A stretch of 64,000 nt of DNA from Pelomyxa schiedti. Lineage: Eukaryota; Protista; Evosea. The notes beneath the pieces are model-generated. The model was not told where the DNA came from. It searched no databases and saw only the letters and a list, made by a program, of their open reading frames with translations. Positions 48,122-62,000 of the stretch are shown here, in pieces. The first letter of the stretch is position 1. Each line of letters opens with the position of its first letter. Both the position numbers and the translations under genes were made by a program. The DNA lies in NCBI GenBank assembly GCA_020536535.1, contig JAHLWZ010000802.1:62001-126000 (forward strand), read 5' to 3'.

Positions 48122-50428
48122 CTAATCAGAGGGAGGCCCCTGATCGTCACTGGAGTTTAGCCGCAGTGAATCGGCATCTGTATTTTGCATAGATGAGGAT
48201 GTTGAGAGTGAGGCTGCAGTGGATGTCAGAGCGGGGCTACTCTGAGGAGAGGATGTCATTGAGAGGGGTGTGGGCCCACGGCTTAGTGAGGTGGACATTC
48301 CGGTGGACTTGAGGTCATCTTGAATGTTGTGGGGCTGCTGCTGGCTCCTGCTGGAGTGGTCTTCATCTTTTTTTAGGGTAAGTTGCTGTTATTTGGAAGG
48401 GAGAGTTTTACCTTTTGTGGTGACTGCCTGTGTGCGGCGAGGGTGGTTGTTGTTATGCTGTTGTACACAAGAAACGCCAGCAGTGTTTGGTTGCTGGTGT
48501 TCAGGGTGATTGGATGAGGTGATGTCTTGCTGATTCTGCAATTGTTGCCTCTGTTGTGCCTGCATTAGTTGCTGGGATTGTTGTAGTTGTGGTTGTCCTT
48601 GAGGTTGTTGTGTGAACTGGTTTTGTTCTAAGATTTGAAGTTGAGGTGTTGTTGTAGCAAGAAGGCGTGGATGCAGTTGCTGCTTGTTGACAACAAGGAC
48701 TGGGATTTGCTGTGAAATAGGTGTTAGAAATCCTCAAACGCGGAATTGAAAGGACTCACCATGGAAGTAAGGCTCGCGTTTTGTCCACTGAGGACCCCAG
48801 AAATCCCATTTCCATTTCCCACCATATTAGGAATGCCTAATCCCAGAAGTGAAGATATCCCTGTGTTCATGTTCACTCCCATCTGAGGATTTTGTGATTG
48901 CTGGAGCATGAGAAGAAAATGGTCTAATTCCATATCTGGTCCCCCAGCGTCCGCTTTTGAAGTATTAATTAAAGGTCTGGGATTTTGAGAGTGTATTTAC
49001 CTGGGCTACGAGGGGCCATATGTTGGTCAGAATTAGTAGGCGGTGGGGTAAGTGCCGAATGCAACTGGCCAACTTGAAGGCCACTGCTACTATTAGAGCC
49101 TCCACTTGAATTGTACATATTAAGAAGATTTGCGGCAGTACTGTTCCCAACAGTGCTACCACCGGTTCCACTGGAAAGGTTGGCAGAGCTGTTGCCACCA
49201 AACATTGCGTTATTGGCGTTAATTGCCCCCAACAACCCTTGTCGGGTATTAAAATCCGTCTTGGAAAGATACTCGGATATTTTTTGTATGCGCAACTCCA
49301 GTTGTTCTTCACGGGATTTTGACTGCAAAAGCACCTATTTTGATCTAAGATACAACGAAGAGGAAATGGAGTGTACCTCTTTCAATTGCTGTATCGTCAT
49401 CTGTGTGTCACCATTTTGCTTTTGCAACTTGGCAATTTCAGTGAGAAGACATTTGTATAGTGCTGTACTACTGTCCTGATCGATTGATGCAGGTGGATTT
49501 GGTGGTATCTGTGTGTTCATCAATGGCCCAGTTACTCCTTGATTGTTCACAAGGCAGAGAAGGCTTCCAGAAGCTGAACCCACATTATTAGGTGGCTTCT
49601 TGTGGACTGGTTTTCTTCGTTGTATGTGCTTGAGTAAATGTGGAGTGTCAAATCTGAAATAATCGTGCATGAAAGCATAGCCTTCTCTCGATTCAACTTT
49701 GTGGAATCCATAAATGTTTAGCTGGCGGACAAATCTAAGTACTATTAAATTTTCTATGAATGGGGGGAAGAACGTACGAGCAAAAGTTGGAATGTTTGAA
49801 GAATTTAGGAAGAACCCCAGTGGCAAATTCAACAGGATCCCAAACAATAAAAGCTTGCCGATTGTGCTCTTCACTCCAGGAAATCAAATGCTTTTTAATA
49901 TTATGCTTGGAAAAGAAAAGAAAAAATAAAATAAAACGAGATTCAATAGAAAAAGGGACTTGTTGGTACCTGTGTGGAAGCATCATTTACCAGTTCATAC
50001 AATTTACACACAAATGGTGCAATTCCATCTTGGGCTGCATTAAGGCTTGTTATGGAGGCCGGAGTAGCACCCCCATTTACCCCAGTTCCAACACCGCCCA
50101 TTCCAACTCCGGAGACAGTGCCTAGTACGCCACAGTTGAGGAAGCTTGCATTCCCGTTAAACATTGTAGGATCCATTCCAACGCCCAAGTTTCCATTGCT
50201 GCCAAGGCCCAGGTTAACGCCAAGTCCGTTGACGGCACCCAAGCCATCGAGGCCTTCCAGCCCAATACCGCCACTTTCACCCATCAGCAAAGCGCCGTTG
50301 ACTGCGTTCATTATGTTCGAGTTGGGTGAGCTGCCTTGCGCCAGCGACGATTGCACAACGGACTCAGGGGGAAGGCCATCTCCTTGTGGAATCATGGGTG
50401 ACGGCGGACACGAGTTGTTCGTTTTCAT
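48122..50428 (-). CDS. HSF: Heat shock transcription factor (HSF-type DNA-binding domain, coiled coil, Q-rich tail), multi-exon
   Basis: [55 protein letters not shown].HDYF....PHLLKHIQRRK. Confidence 0.93.
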
Positions 50429-50867
50429 GACTGGTGCAAGTAGACGTGAGTTAAAAAAAAAAAAGATGCAACACCACACCTGGTAGTCTAAAAAACGCAC
50501 TTAACAGGAGGCCGGAAGTACAAAGGACGGAGAGACCGTATCAACGACGCACTCAACAGGAACACACCACCACTAAGGATCTTAACGTTACTCTGTGCTT
50601 GTTTTTGTGAAGACTAAGAAGAAACGGAGTTGAAGGCGAAGAAGAAAGATCTCAACGCCGGTCTAGTGCCTCTAGACTGGTCTGGGTTGTTCAACAAAAA
50701 CAAATTAGTGATTACTATAAACCGCGGTTTTGCTTGAGGTCCCGATCAAACGCAGATTTGTCGATCTCCTGCTTTGGCACCAAATCCCTGCTTCCGAAAA
50801 AGCAGAAATCCAAGCAAACGCAAAATCAAAAAACAAAAGAAAAACCGGACCTCTCGGCGAGCGACAC

Positions 50868-53800
50868 ATGGCTGACGATACGACAGCGGTGATAGCATCC
50901 GGCTCTGGATCTGGATCTTCTGGGTCGTCTTCCACACCTCCGCTTAAGTCCACTACACCCCCGCCTGTTGTCTCAACTCCCACTCCAAGCACGACACCCA
51001 GTACATGTTCAACCCCAACACCGTCGGTGACGCCACCAATAACTCCGAGTGGCAGCGCTACGACACCTCTTTTGAAGTCTTCTTCGAGCGAACTTCTCGC
51101 CGTTTTCCCCCCCAAGGTGAAGGGGAATTCTTCAGCACCTTTTTTTTTAACACTCTTGTAACAGAGAGATTATGTTCTACTTTGGAACACAGATCAAGTG
51201 TGCAGCTCCTTCAAGGAGGACGCAGGTTATACTTCTCTGTTAGACTTCACTGTGTTGTATTTACATATGATGAACAGCATTTGTGAATCCAAACCTTTCC
51301 TATGGAAAAGAGTCTTCTGAGGAAAAGGAAGAAAGAGCTGAAAGGGAAAGAGCTTCCAGTGAACCCACCACGGAACCTCAAACAACCAGCACAACACCTA
51401 GCACAACCGCAAGTGAAGCAGACGTGAATCACACAACACAAGACTCAGGAGTAACAACCCCTGATCCTCACATGGAACACATCACTGTTATACTAGAAGC
51501 ACTTCAAAGAATACAATTGACTGGCTCTGCACTTCTTGCACTGTCATGCCAAATGCCATACTCACTTGCTTACTCCTCTGCCATTATCAAAGCACCTCCT
51601 GTTTTATACTACAAACCTCCAACCACAGCACCCTCACCCTCACCTTCACCTGAAACGGCTGAAATATCTGCCGCCAAACATCGACAGGCAATAGAGCTTG
51701 TATCTCGGGAATTGGGTATTCCTTATGAGGCAGCAACTGCTTTTGCGATATACCTTTCTCATTTGCGAGGTTTCTAAAAAAAAAAAAAAACTCAAGCAGA
51801 AATACCATGCTCACCCCTCACAGCGTCAGTGTTTATTAAGCGTCGAATTCAAAAAAGAGTCTTGAAGAAACGAGGTTACTTAACCATTTTTTCAAACCAG
51901 CATTAACAAGGCCAATAGCCAACCGAGAAGCTCATAGAAATTCTGTAGTCAAGGAAATTGTTGAGAGTGAAAAGTATTTCCATTGAATATCACCCAAATC
52001 TTATCGTTTTTAGGAGCTATGTTGATCAACTGCAAATCTTGATTTCTGTATGTGAATGAATGTTTTGCTGTGCACTTTAAGTGAAAAACCCAGGTGTTCA
52101 TGGACCCCCTCCGCAAATCTGGTTTTCTCACAGATGAAGAAATGAAAACTATATTTAGTGACATTTCTATCATCGCGGGCATGAATACAACATTACTAAA
52201 ACTGCTTGAGACCCGATTTGAACATTGGGGTCCCACAACAAAATTGGGAGATATTTTCCTCCGTGTGGTGAGTAATACGTACTCTCTTATGCAACTTATT
52301 TCATAAGAGTGACTACTTGCGTATGTATACAGAATATGTAACAAATTTTGATCACTCAATATCGAGTTGGTCTAAACTTGAGCCTAGCCACCCAGCAAAA
52401 AAGCTCGTTGCCGTATGTTCTCCCTTTTACAGAAACTCGACTAATTTACTTTTGATTGTAGAAACAAGCACCTAAGGCTGGAGAATATGCCAATTGGGGT
52501 ATGTGGCCATTTACATGTATTTTCCTAATGGCACCTAGAACTAAACTCTTTTCTTATTCTGCCAGTGCAGCGTATTCCCCGCTATAAATTGTTGCTTCAG
52601 GTAAATCTACAATTTTTTTCCTCATCCAACAGAGTAAAACAGGCTGTCGTCAAAGATACCTCACCACTCCATCCTGACTGGGCAACTCTAAATGCAGCAC
52701 TGGATAAAATCAGCAAGATCGCAGGTTGGGTGAATGAATGTCAGCATAAGTATGAAAGTGGACTGCAACTACTAGAGCTTCAGGCTACAATAAACGGGCT
52801 ACCTACGGTATACCCTCAATACATACACCCCTCCTTAGCTCATGTTAAAGGCACTTGTTGGAGGTGCAAGAGAACTGGTGAAGCAAGGGGAAATCTGGCA
52901 AGTTGTGGAAAAAAAAATTAGTAGATGGTTTATGGCCATTCTGACAGATCAAATTTTGCTTTGCGAATACAAGAAGGTGTGACCACAAACTCACAGTCTA
53001 CTAGTTTAAAAAAAAAAAAAACGAAAGCCAGAGTCTGGGCTATTCAAAAAAGTGTCCTACAAATACCAACTGACACAAACCATCCTAATGGATGGGTTGA
53101 TGGTTGATGACTTACCAGATAGTCCAAGTAGTCCTCTGTTCACTGAGTGTATTTAAGACTAACCAATGGCATCTCACTCTCAGCTTTGATTAATTCCTTT
53201 AGCATATCATTTCGGGGACGAAGTGGTGTTCTAAGAACTGCCACTTTTTTTAGTAAGTCACCAGAGGAGAAAACATCCTGGTTTCAGACAATAAAGAATG
53301 CCACCAAAACGCACAATGAGCTCAAAACAACTGTGGAAGGTTTCTTAATTACCACATGAAAGACTCTAACTGATCAAACTTGCTTAGAATCCGCAACTGA
53401 AATTGCAAAACCTAAAGTCGCCTTTGCGAAATCAATTTTGGATACACATTATGCTGGCCTCAAGACCAATAGATCAACCAGTACTACCCTTTGTTATGGC
53501 ACCATCTCAATTTCACTTAGTGCCAAGTCTTAAGCGTGGATTCCCCACTATCTACCAAATGAGCCCTGGAGATAGGCAGCGCTTAGCTGAGGAGGCCCGC
53601 AAGGAATTCGAGCAGCTTCAACAAGAGGAGAAACTGAAGCAGGAACGACAGGCGTTGCAAGCTCAAAAAGAAGCTGATGAAAGGCTCAAACAAGTTGCTC
53701 AGCAGCTACACGCACTTGCTGGTCAACCCCAAGTTATTAGCAACCTGCTTCTAACCAAGTCCAACCCCGGTGAGGCAAACAGCGATTTCTTTTCTTAATA

Positions 53801-54371
53801 TATATGCTAACTACAAATAGCTTACCGCAGTGCTGAGAAAGGGACTCCTACACCAGACAAAACGAGTACCCCACCCGACAAAGCACCGCCACCAATCCCT
53901 CACAGGACACCTGAGGGTATCTCCACCATTGATAAAACTGGTACGGCAGATAAATCCACCACTCCCACAAGCACTCAACATGCAACTGCACCTACCGGAA
54001 CACCCGCAATACCAAGCACAACGCCCACACCTACTCCTACTCCTACACCTACCCCCACACCCACGCCCACCCCTACTCCTACCCCAACCGCTCCCACTCC
54101 AACCCCAACGCCTCCAGTCACCACAGCAACCCCCACCACAGACTCAGGACCCTCATACACGTCGGCCCACAAACCGCACTACCGCCATCACCACTCACAC
54201 CACCACCATCACGCCAGCAAGAGCACAGCTACTTCACACCACAGCCATCACCACCGATCATCCGTAGGGGTGACGCCAAGCACCACTCCCCCCACCGCCG
54301 CGCACAAGAAGGCCTCTGTAGGCGCCAATGACGGCTCCAGCAGCTCAGGCACCGGCAGTGCCTCTGAGTAA
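50868..54371 (+). CDS. Dbl-family RhoGEF (DH-PH) with Pro/Thr/His-rich tail, multi-exon
   Basis: RNSVVKEIVESEKSYVDQL, TIFSDI, LGDIFL, SFLILPVQRIPRYKLLLQ, HPDW..L..AL..I..IA.WVNE; PH end SPEEKTSWFQTI; TAA at 54369-54371. Confidence 0.9.
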
Positions 54372-54922
54372 CCAGTGCACTATCACCAGTCCAACACACC
54401 CAGCTTACCAAGCCACAAACAACTTTACCTTTGTTCTGTATCTCGCTCTCCCGTCCGTCCGTAACAAACAATCAACAATGCAAATGGACCCTCGGGCTAC
54501 GTCCCTAGAGGAGGTTTGGCTACGAAACCTCTAACACACTGCCACACTGACATTAACAACTATGGTGTGTGATTGATGTACACAGGCGATTGCGGAGCGC
54601 GACCGCAGGAAGGCGGACTGGTGTGCGATGCAGTTGTTGTACGGGGCTGTTGTTAGTTGCTTGTGCAGGAGCGGCGGGATAGGGACCAAGGGGAGCGAAG
54701 AAGGTGGTGGTGGCACAGCGACCGTGGCAAGGAAACCAGAGGCGAACGTGACCACTGTGCAAAAGTGCGGGGGACTGTGTGTAGTTGGTTGGCTAGTGGC
54801 TGTGAGTGTGGTGCGTGGTGGGGCGGGATATTATTATCTTGGAACTTGTTCTTACTGGGGGATGCTATCTTTATTGGTTTTTTTTTTTATTTAGTTTGGC
54901 TGAGCATGCTGTTGTACGAGAG

Positions 54923-55946
54923 ATGGCGAGGCGAGGTGCTCAAAGGGAAGGACCCGGATTTCCCCGCGCCGTTCTGGCTCAGCTTAATGACGATGGCACA
55001 AGCTCTGTAACTGAACCAACTGAGACTCCCAACACACATTCTTCTATGAACTCTGCCATGGTCAGTACTCTTGAATTATCTGGGGGGAAAGTAAATGTAA
55101 CTTGAAATACATGCTCAGGCTCAACTGCACGAATCGGTTCGTTGTACAGTGCTACCTTCTGTAGAGCGCTATTTTTCTGAAACTAGTGCCATGCTTCTCC
55201 GACTTGTACATCGGAAGGAAACAACAAGCCGTGGTGTTAGGGATGCCTCTGTTTTGTATGAAGCAGTTAGATTGCAGAAAGTTCAACTTATATCCGACCG
55301 AAATGAACTTGCATCACTTAGACGCTTGCACTTTTTGTCTTCCATATCACTTTCCAAGGTTGAAATGCAACCAGAAACTCCTCGCTCATCGATATACAGA
55401 CACTAGTGGAGGAAATTCATTTTCTGATTCAGCTCATTCTCAAGTATAAAGTAGATAAGGAGCATACACACAACCTTGTCTCTGTTGAACGCCTATGTGC
55501 AGAAAGCTATGCACTTAGCTACAAACTTATGTATGTTCTAGATTACTAAAAAACAGTGACTTACATCTATAAGGGTGATACACCAACGGATTCTTTCGCA
55601 GACCTACATACCTGAGAATATCACCAAACTGAGGCAAATGAGGTTGCATCCCCTAACACTTTCGCAACATTACAATCCTTGAATACTTTCGCAACTCAGA
55701 CTACAAGAAGACTCACTTTTGCCCCCAAACAGAAATGACCTAATTCAGGAGCACTTTTTCACCAAGCAAGAGATTGAGCGCACAAAACACACACTTTCAC
55801 TGTATCACCAATCATGCACAGACCCATCCTATCAATCCCTGCTTCAACAATACACAGCCCTTCTTCGACAACGAGAGAGTACCTCATGGGCTCTTGCCAA
55901 CTTTGGTCCAATGGACAAAGCATTGTCTGTCAGCCACACAACCTAA
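54923..55946 (+). CDS. HAUS4: Augmin/HAUS complex subunit 4-like protein (multi-exon)
   Basis: Spliced C-terminal half LILKYKV..RLCAESYALSYKLMVIHQRILSQTYIPENITKLRQMR..LSLY..YQSLLQQYTALLRQRESTSWALANF follows the HAUS4 pattern (KL..IL..TY..E ... Y..L....W.L..F). Confidence 0.7.
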
Positions 55947-56093
55947 TACCACAAAAGAAGGAACTTTTTCTTGAAGCCTTAATGTTGGTGTATCAAACAC
56001 TTGTTCCTCTTGAAGAGCAAAGACTAATTTCTATTTTCTTTTTTTTTGAAAATAATAACACAAGCACTAGGTTTCTTTTTCGTGCTTTGGACT

Positions 56094-59000
56094 TCAGATA
56101 GAATCCAGGTCTTGCACACCGTCTCGTTCGAGCTCCGCTCTGATGGTGCTGCGCAAAAGTTCGAGGTCACAATTGTAGGACTTGGGCATACGGTCCAGGC
56201 ACTTGACAGTGTGTGGGTGCATTTCGTGCAGAAGATCTTGCTTGTGGAAGAAGATGTACTGACGGACCAACATAGGAATTGGGGCTGGTTGGTTCCATGG
56301 TGGCACTTCCCAGGTGGGGAACGCTGTTGTGAAATCTCGGAAGGGTACGCGTTTGTCCGAACCACTGAGGCGGATCGTAGCATTTTTGGCGGCACTTTGC
56401 AGGCAAGAATCTGGATCAATCATGAGGGAGACACATTCGTGGGTTCCGCCAAGGCCGCCAGGTTGGTGTGCGGACATGTGCAACCCGGAATGTCCGTCAC
56501 CTGAGGGGTGGGCACACCGGATACGACACATAGGGCAAAGCTCCTTGCAACGCAACCGGAATGTTTCAGTGACTGGTGCATCCCGGAGGCGTTGAAGTAT
56601 ACCGTCAGCTATTCTACCTATGCAGAATGGTGTATGTGTTACAGAAGGGAGGGATTCATATGGAAGGGATTCTTCTACGTGTGCTGCTATATCTTGCAGC
56701 TCCACCAAACCGCAACTGTCAATGTTGAACATGGCTGAGGCATTCTCAGGGTCTGGTAACCTGTCCTCAAGGAAGCCTAAACCCTGCAAGCTTGAGCGAA
56801 GCACGGTGAAGAACTTCTGGCTGCGGCCAGGGCACACACCTGAGTTGGTAGAAGGGTCGATATGTGCTGCCTGCTGGGCAGCTGTGTGAAGACTACTACA
56901 TATCAGATTTCTGAGATTTACCAAGTCACTGTTGTCAGTGTAGTGCTTTTTAAGAAACACCATAATTCGTTGCGTCATTACTTCATCATAGTGACTCTGG
57001 GGATCACTCAGAGCTTTCTTCAGGGCAATTGTCATTTATTTTTGTCAACAGGTCGTAGTCAGCAAGGTTCTGAAGCACCTTGTACGACATTACAAAACCT
57101 TGTTGGCATAATTCTTGCTCACGTAGAAGGTTAGCAGTGCGGTGCACAATGAGGCTAAGGTGTTGCCTCCAGAAGGAATTGCGGATGGTTTCTACCAGAT
57201 ACTTCTTCAGACGCGCCTGCACTTCCAAGCCGTTGATTGTATCTAGGAAGAACTGCCGAAGTTCTACCTTCGACGAAGCAATCAACCCTGGAATGGAGTT
57301 GGTGCTATCCCACTTGCACTGCTTTGTGAGTAGTATTCTTGTCACCTCTTGCCTGGCCATGTTGTGGATGTAAGATTTCACCGCAAAGCGGTACTCCCCC
57401 TTGCCGATAAGGAGGGCGTCTGTCTTCTGGATGACCATCTCGACTGCAGCATCAGAGTAAACAGTGTGGTCTTTTAGTAGACGCTTAACCTCTGCCATCA
57501 CTTCAAAAAATAGACGTTGCACTCCCTCAATTTCTAACTCCGAACGCCTAGAATCCCCACTGAATATCTTTCTTAGGCGTGGAAGGAAAACGCACCAGGC
57601 TGAGCTGGCATGAGATGCCTTGGAACTCTCAATTTCTTCGGAGTACGTCGGCGTAATTACATCATCTTTAATTATGCCGCAGCGTTGCCTATACACTTGC
57701 CATACATTAGTCTCTACTAAGTTATGAAGTGGCTTGCACTCTGTCGAGGCTCTTTGCTCCACTCGATCAAATATTGCTGTAAATTCTTCCTCCTTTCTTG
57801 TATCAGACCAGTCCTTTCGCTCCTTCAAAGGATGTTGTTGGCACAAGACTTTGGTATCATAAACAATTTGTTGCTTGTACTCTTCCACCTTGATTTTGAA
57901 GAATTTGCGTGCCATAACTAGGTTACGGACTCGTTCAGAAGAAGCCACAGTTTGTTGGAAAAGGAAATTCTCCCACTTGCCCTTCTCAGAATCCCTGAAG
58001 TTATTGTAAATACCAGGGGATATTGTGAGTTCAAACTGCTGGTTAGCTTTCTGTGCTTCCTCTTGAATCTGTTTTGCAATGTGCTGATCCAGCAGCCTAA
58101 TTAGTTCCTGACATACTTTTTCTGGAAGATTCCCGCCTGCTTTCTCGGTTGCCTGTAGAAACATACCCCTGGTTCCTGGCTCGCCATCCACAAGTGCAAC
58201 AAAGTTGCTCTGTACATTCTCAAAAGCTACCACATAGGCCTTTGACACACTGCAGCGCAGAATGCCAAGTTCATCTCCCAACTTTTCCAGAGCCACACGA
58301 GCATCTGCACACTGATACACCATCACAGACTCCATCTCGAGAATCTCATCCTGTGCTTTCAGGAAGTGCTCTGTCCAACGTGCCAATGAGCGGGATTTGA
58401 ATTTGGCTTGCATACAGCACCGTTCGTGGATACGTTCACGCAAATTACTAACGTCAAGGCCATAATGGGAATCTGGCACGTCATCTGGGGCCCTGTCAGA
58501 CTTGGTGATATTACCTAGGATGAAGATATCTTTTTCAGGAACGAAATCTGTAAGAAAGTCATTTGGGTTCTGCCCAGAGAGTGTGGAGGCAAGTTCCAAT
58601 GCTTTACTCACATCATTGAAAAGAATGGCGCGCACTTCATCAACTACTTTCATACCTTGTGCCTTAGAAATACTCCGCATGGCAAAAAAGAGACGGTTTG
58701 TGAGGCGGCCAAGATTTCCTGTTGAGCGGTCGGAGATGTACTTGACAATTGATAGTACATCCCGAGAGTCGTTGGATTGGTTTCCATTCACCAAAACAAG
58801 TGTTGCATCTGCCAACCACACAGCATACACCGCCAAGCGGTTGTCATGCAGAAGTGCATTATCTGTGTGATGCAAGTCAGGTGACCTAACTCCTTCCGTG
58901 TCCAGCACTAAGAGGTACTTGAATTTTGTGTCTTGTCTCTCACAACGGATCAGCTGCATATTCAAGCCTCTTGTGCACCTTGTAACACTCGTGCGGAAGC

Positions 59001-62000
59001 GGCACCCAAACATCACGTTCAGCAAGCTCGACTTACCTGATTTTTGTACTCCCAGGATGCTCAAGACAAACACACGTGTAGGCTTCACACCCAGTTCCGG
59101 GTGCCGCTGGTGGATTGCCACCTGTAGAGCTGACATTACAGCCTTGAGCCAACTACCATTTGCCCAAGAGCAGTCACCGTCGACCAACTCTATTGGAAAC
59201 CCATCCAGTAAGTGCAATGCAGCCATCATTGGAAACTTGGCATAACGGTTAACCCCCTCATGGTTAGCAGGCTGACATATAACTGCCTTTTCTATTTGCA
59301 CCTGTACCGCTTCATACATGCAGGCCATTTCTCGGAATAGGTGCTCTGGTGCGACCACAGACTCTGCCACAGCAACTTCAGCCTTCTGACGTTCCTGTTC
59401 TGCCAGGTGGAGCTCACTGGCTGGAACTGATTTCGATACCTTTTCTTGGTACTGTTGGCGGGCTTTTGATCGCCTTGTCAAGAGACCGGCTCCTTTGCAA
59501 TTGCAGTGTTCTTCAAGAAGGCGGTCCAACATTAGATACATATTCACACGGTCGGAAGCCGTTGTCCTCTGAAGGATGGACTCAAACATACTCAAAACTG
59601 GCAGCTTGTCCAGCTGATTAACTATTTTGACCCGCTTAGAGAAGCAATCTTGAATATGACGGCTTGCTTCAGTGCGATGAGCAATGGATGTCAAGGGGTT
59701 CTTATTTTGACGCATTGCGGCAACTTGATCCCTAAAGTGTTTATGTAATGGCAAGCTCTGGTCTCTAGAGATACTAAGAGTGTCAAGTATCTCCCGCATG
59801 TAAGCTATGCTATATGCTCCTGAAAGTGCCAGCGTTGATGAAGGTGACGGTACCGGTTTTGTGGTCGCTGTCGTGGTCATCGTTGCTGTTTTTGTTGTTG
59901 TTGTAGTTGGCGCTGCGGTTGTTGGTGTTGGTGGCACTTGAGTTGGGACAAATAAGAAAGAGAGGGGGTTACGGCAACGCACAGGTTGCTTTTGAAGCAT
60001 TTGAGTGCCCAAATTGTTGCGGTCTTTACAAGTGTCTCTCAAGAGTTGTTTAATGGTTGTTGTGAGTTCATCTGTGACAAGTCCTTGTAGGTTATTTACC
60101 TTCACTCCTTTACAGTGAGTTTCTTTAGACTTCGAGAAGGGTGGCTTTGGAGTCCAAAATATGAATCGCGCTGGCCAGGGAGTAGTGCCCTGGGGAGTAA
60201 AGGATTTGTTGAGAGGTGGAGATGAACTCAGCTCAAAGAGTACTACATCAAAAAGTTCATGCAGTCTATTCTTCATCTCCTCATACTTAGAATTGCCAAC
60301 AATGTGAGATAGAATCAACGGTATTGGTGGCCGTTCCTCTGCTGAAGAGCTTTTCTGAGAAAGCCACCCATAGCCAAGCTCCGCTATGGAGCAGGTACCC
60401 ACACCATATGCAGTTAATGTGTCACAACCGAGAACTTTAACAAGAGAGGGTGTTTGGCGGGAGCTTCCTTCCTCCAGGCTGACGAGGGCCACACGCATCA
60501 ACTCTTGATCAGACACAATCACTGAAGTGTTACCCTCCAAAAGGAGTGTTTCAACATTATCAAGCGCATGCCCTGATATTACTAGTGGCACGGCACAGCG
60601 TCGGTGCAACAATGTTGAAGCTATGTAACTTTGGGACACTTCATCACATTGTGATAGCATCTTGCACATCCTTTCATGAGGTGATGTAAAAACTGTCGTG
60701 GATGGTGGTGTGAGGGGAGTATTACTCTCAGAGGCAAACAAATCATCCTCGCTCTGAGTTTCATCTGATTCAGCATTGCACGTTACTTCTTCAGAAGAGC
60801 TTGGAGGTTCTGCTGACGTTGTAGGGAATGCCAGTCTATGAACAAGAACGTCAATTAACTCATGGTCCTCTAGATCTGGAAGAAGAGCCAGGGGTCTGTC
60901 GACAAGGAACTTCTCTGCAAAGGAAGACACCTCATGCTGACAAAACCATGTCACTGTAAGATTTTGTTCATTAGCAACTTTTTTGCTACTACCAGATTCA
61001 TTGGGAGGATATAAATTGTCATCACAATCGCCAAACCCAGCCAGATAGCACTTCATTTCATCAAGCATGTGCTCCATCTGCATCTTTGATAAGGGTCCCT
61101 GAAAGCCACTTGCAAAAAAACCAAACTTATTCTGGAGAAGGTGTTTCAGCTCAATGGCCTGGCTTGTGGATGCAAATCTACTATTTTCACAAAGGTTCCA
61201 TACTAGAGTACGCTCGACTCGAAAAGCCACCATTGGGTGGTCCATGAGTTGGTCATAAAGTAGTTTATGGAGGATTTCAACAAGTTGGTTTCCACTTTCT
61301 ACTGGCTGGGCAAACCAGTCACTTTCCGGAGAAGCATTTGCTTCGTGGTTGCGAGTCAGGAAAAGCTTTTCAATAATGGGATTTCTAAACAATGGCGAGG
61401 TGGTATCATTCCGCTGGAGATCTACCTGTTGTGGCTCTGATATACAAGCGAATAGAGCACGCCTTAGCTCTGAAAATCGATAAAGAGAAGGTACTGCAGT
61501 GCCGTCCTCTGACGGGGAACAAAGCTTCCCACAAATTTGCACTGCAGTGGCGAGTGGCTGGCCAGGTTCCAGGAATTTGAAAAGGAGGTTAGATTCTCCA
61601 AGAAAAGAGGCCCACTTGTGTATCGCCATAAATGCCCGCAAAATTGCTTGTGCTGCCTGCTGGTCCCACTGTTTATTGTCAATACCATTCTGAGCTTGTG
61701 CACTCACGATCACGTCTGCACATTGTTGTACAAACACCTGCAAAACAGCAAGGTCAGAAGCACACACGCCATTTCCAGAAGGCTCAGGTAGCTGGAAATG
61801 AGGGAGGCCATCTCCAAACAAGTCCTGTATACAAGTATCACGCTGCACCGCTGCCCGTGTCTGGTTTATGGCATCGAGAACTGTGGGAATATCACGCTGG
61901 TCTTCAGCCATCTGCAGCCAGGCTTGGCGTACAAATCGACCGGCGGCCTGCACAACATCTTCACTGTGGCGCAGCATTAAGTCCCAGACAGGGATAAGGG

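Noticed and set aside
16456-50428. Functional cluster of chromatin genes (polyhistone, PARG, PHD reader, MIER-like, HSF)
   Set aside because: Interspersed with unrelated housekeeping genes; cannot be distinguished from chance without synteny or expression data
54328-54534. ORF-track frame as RhoGEF C-terminus or separate gene
   Set aside because: The Pro/Thr/His-rich RhoGEF frame ends at TAA 54369-54371; this overlapping ORF has no independent support
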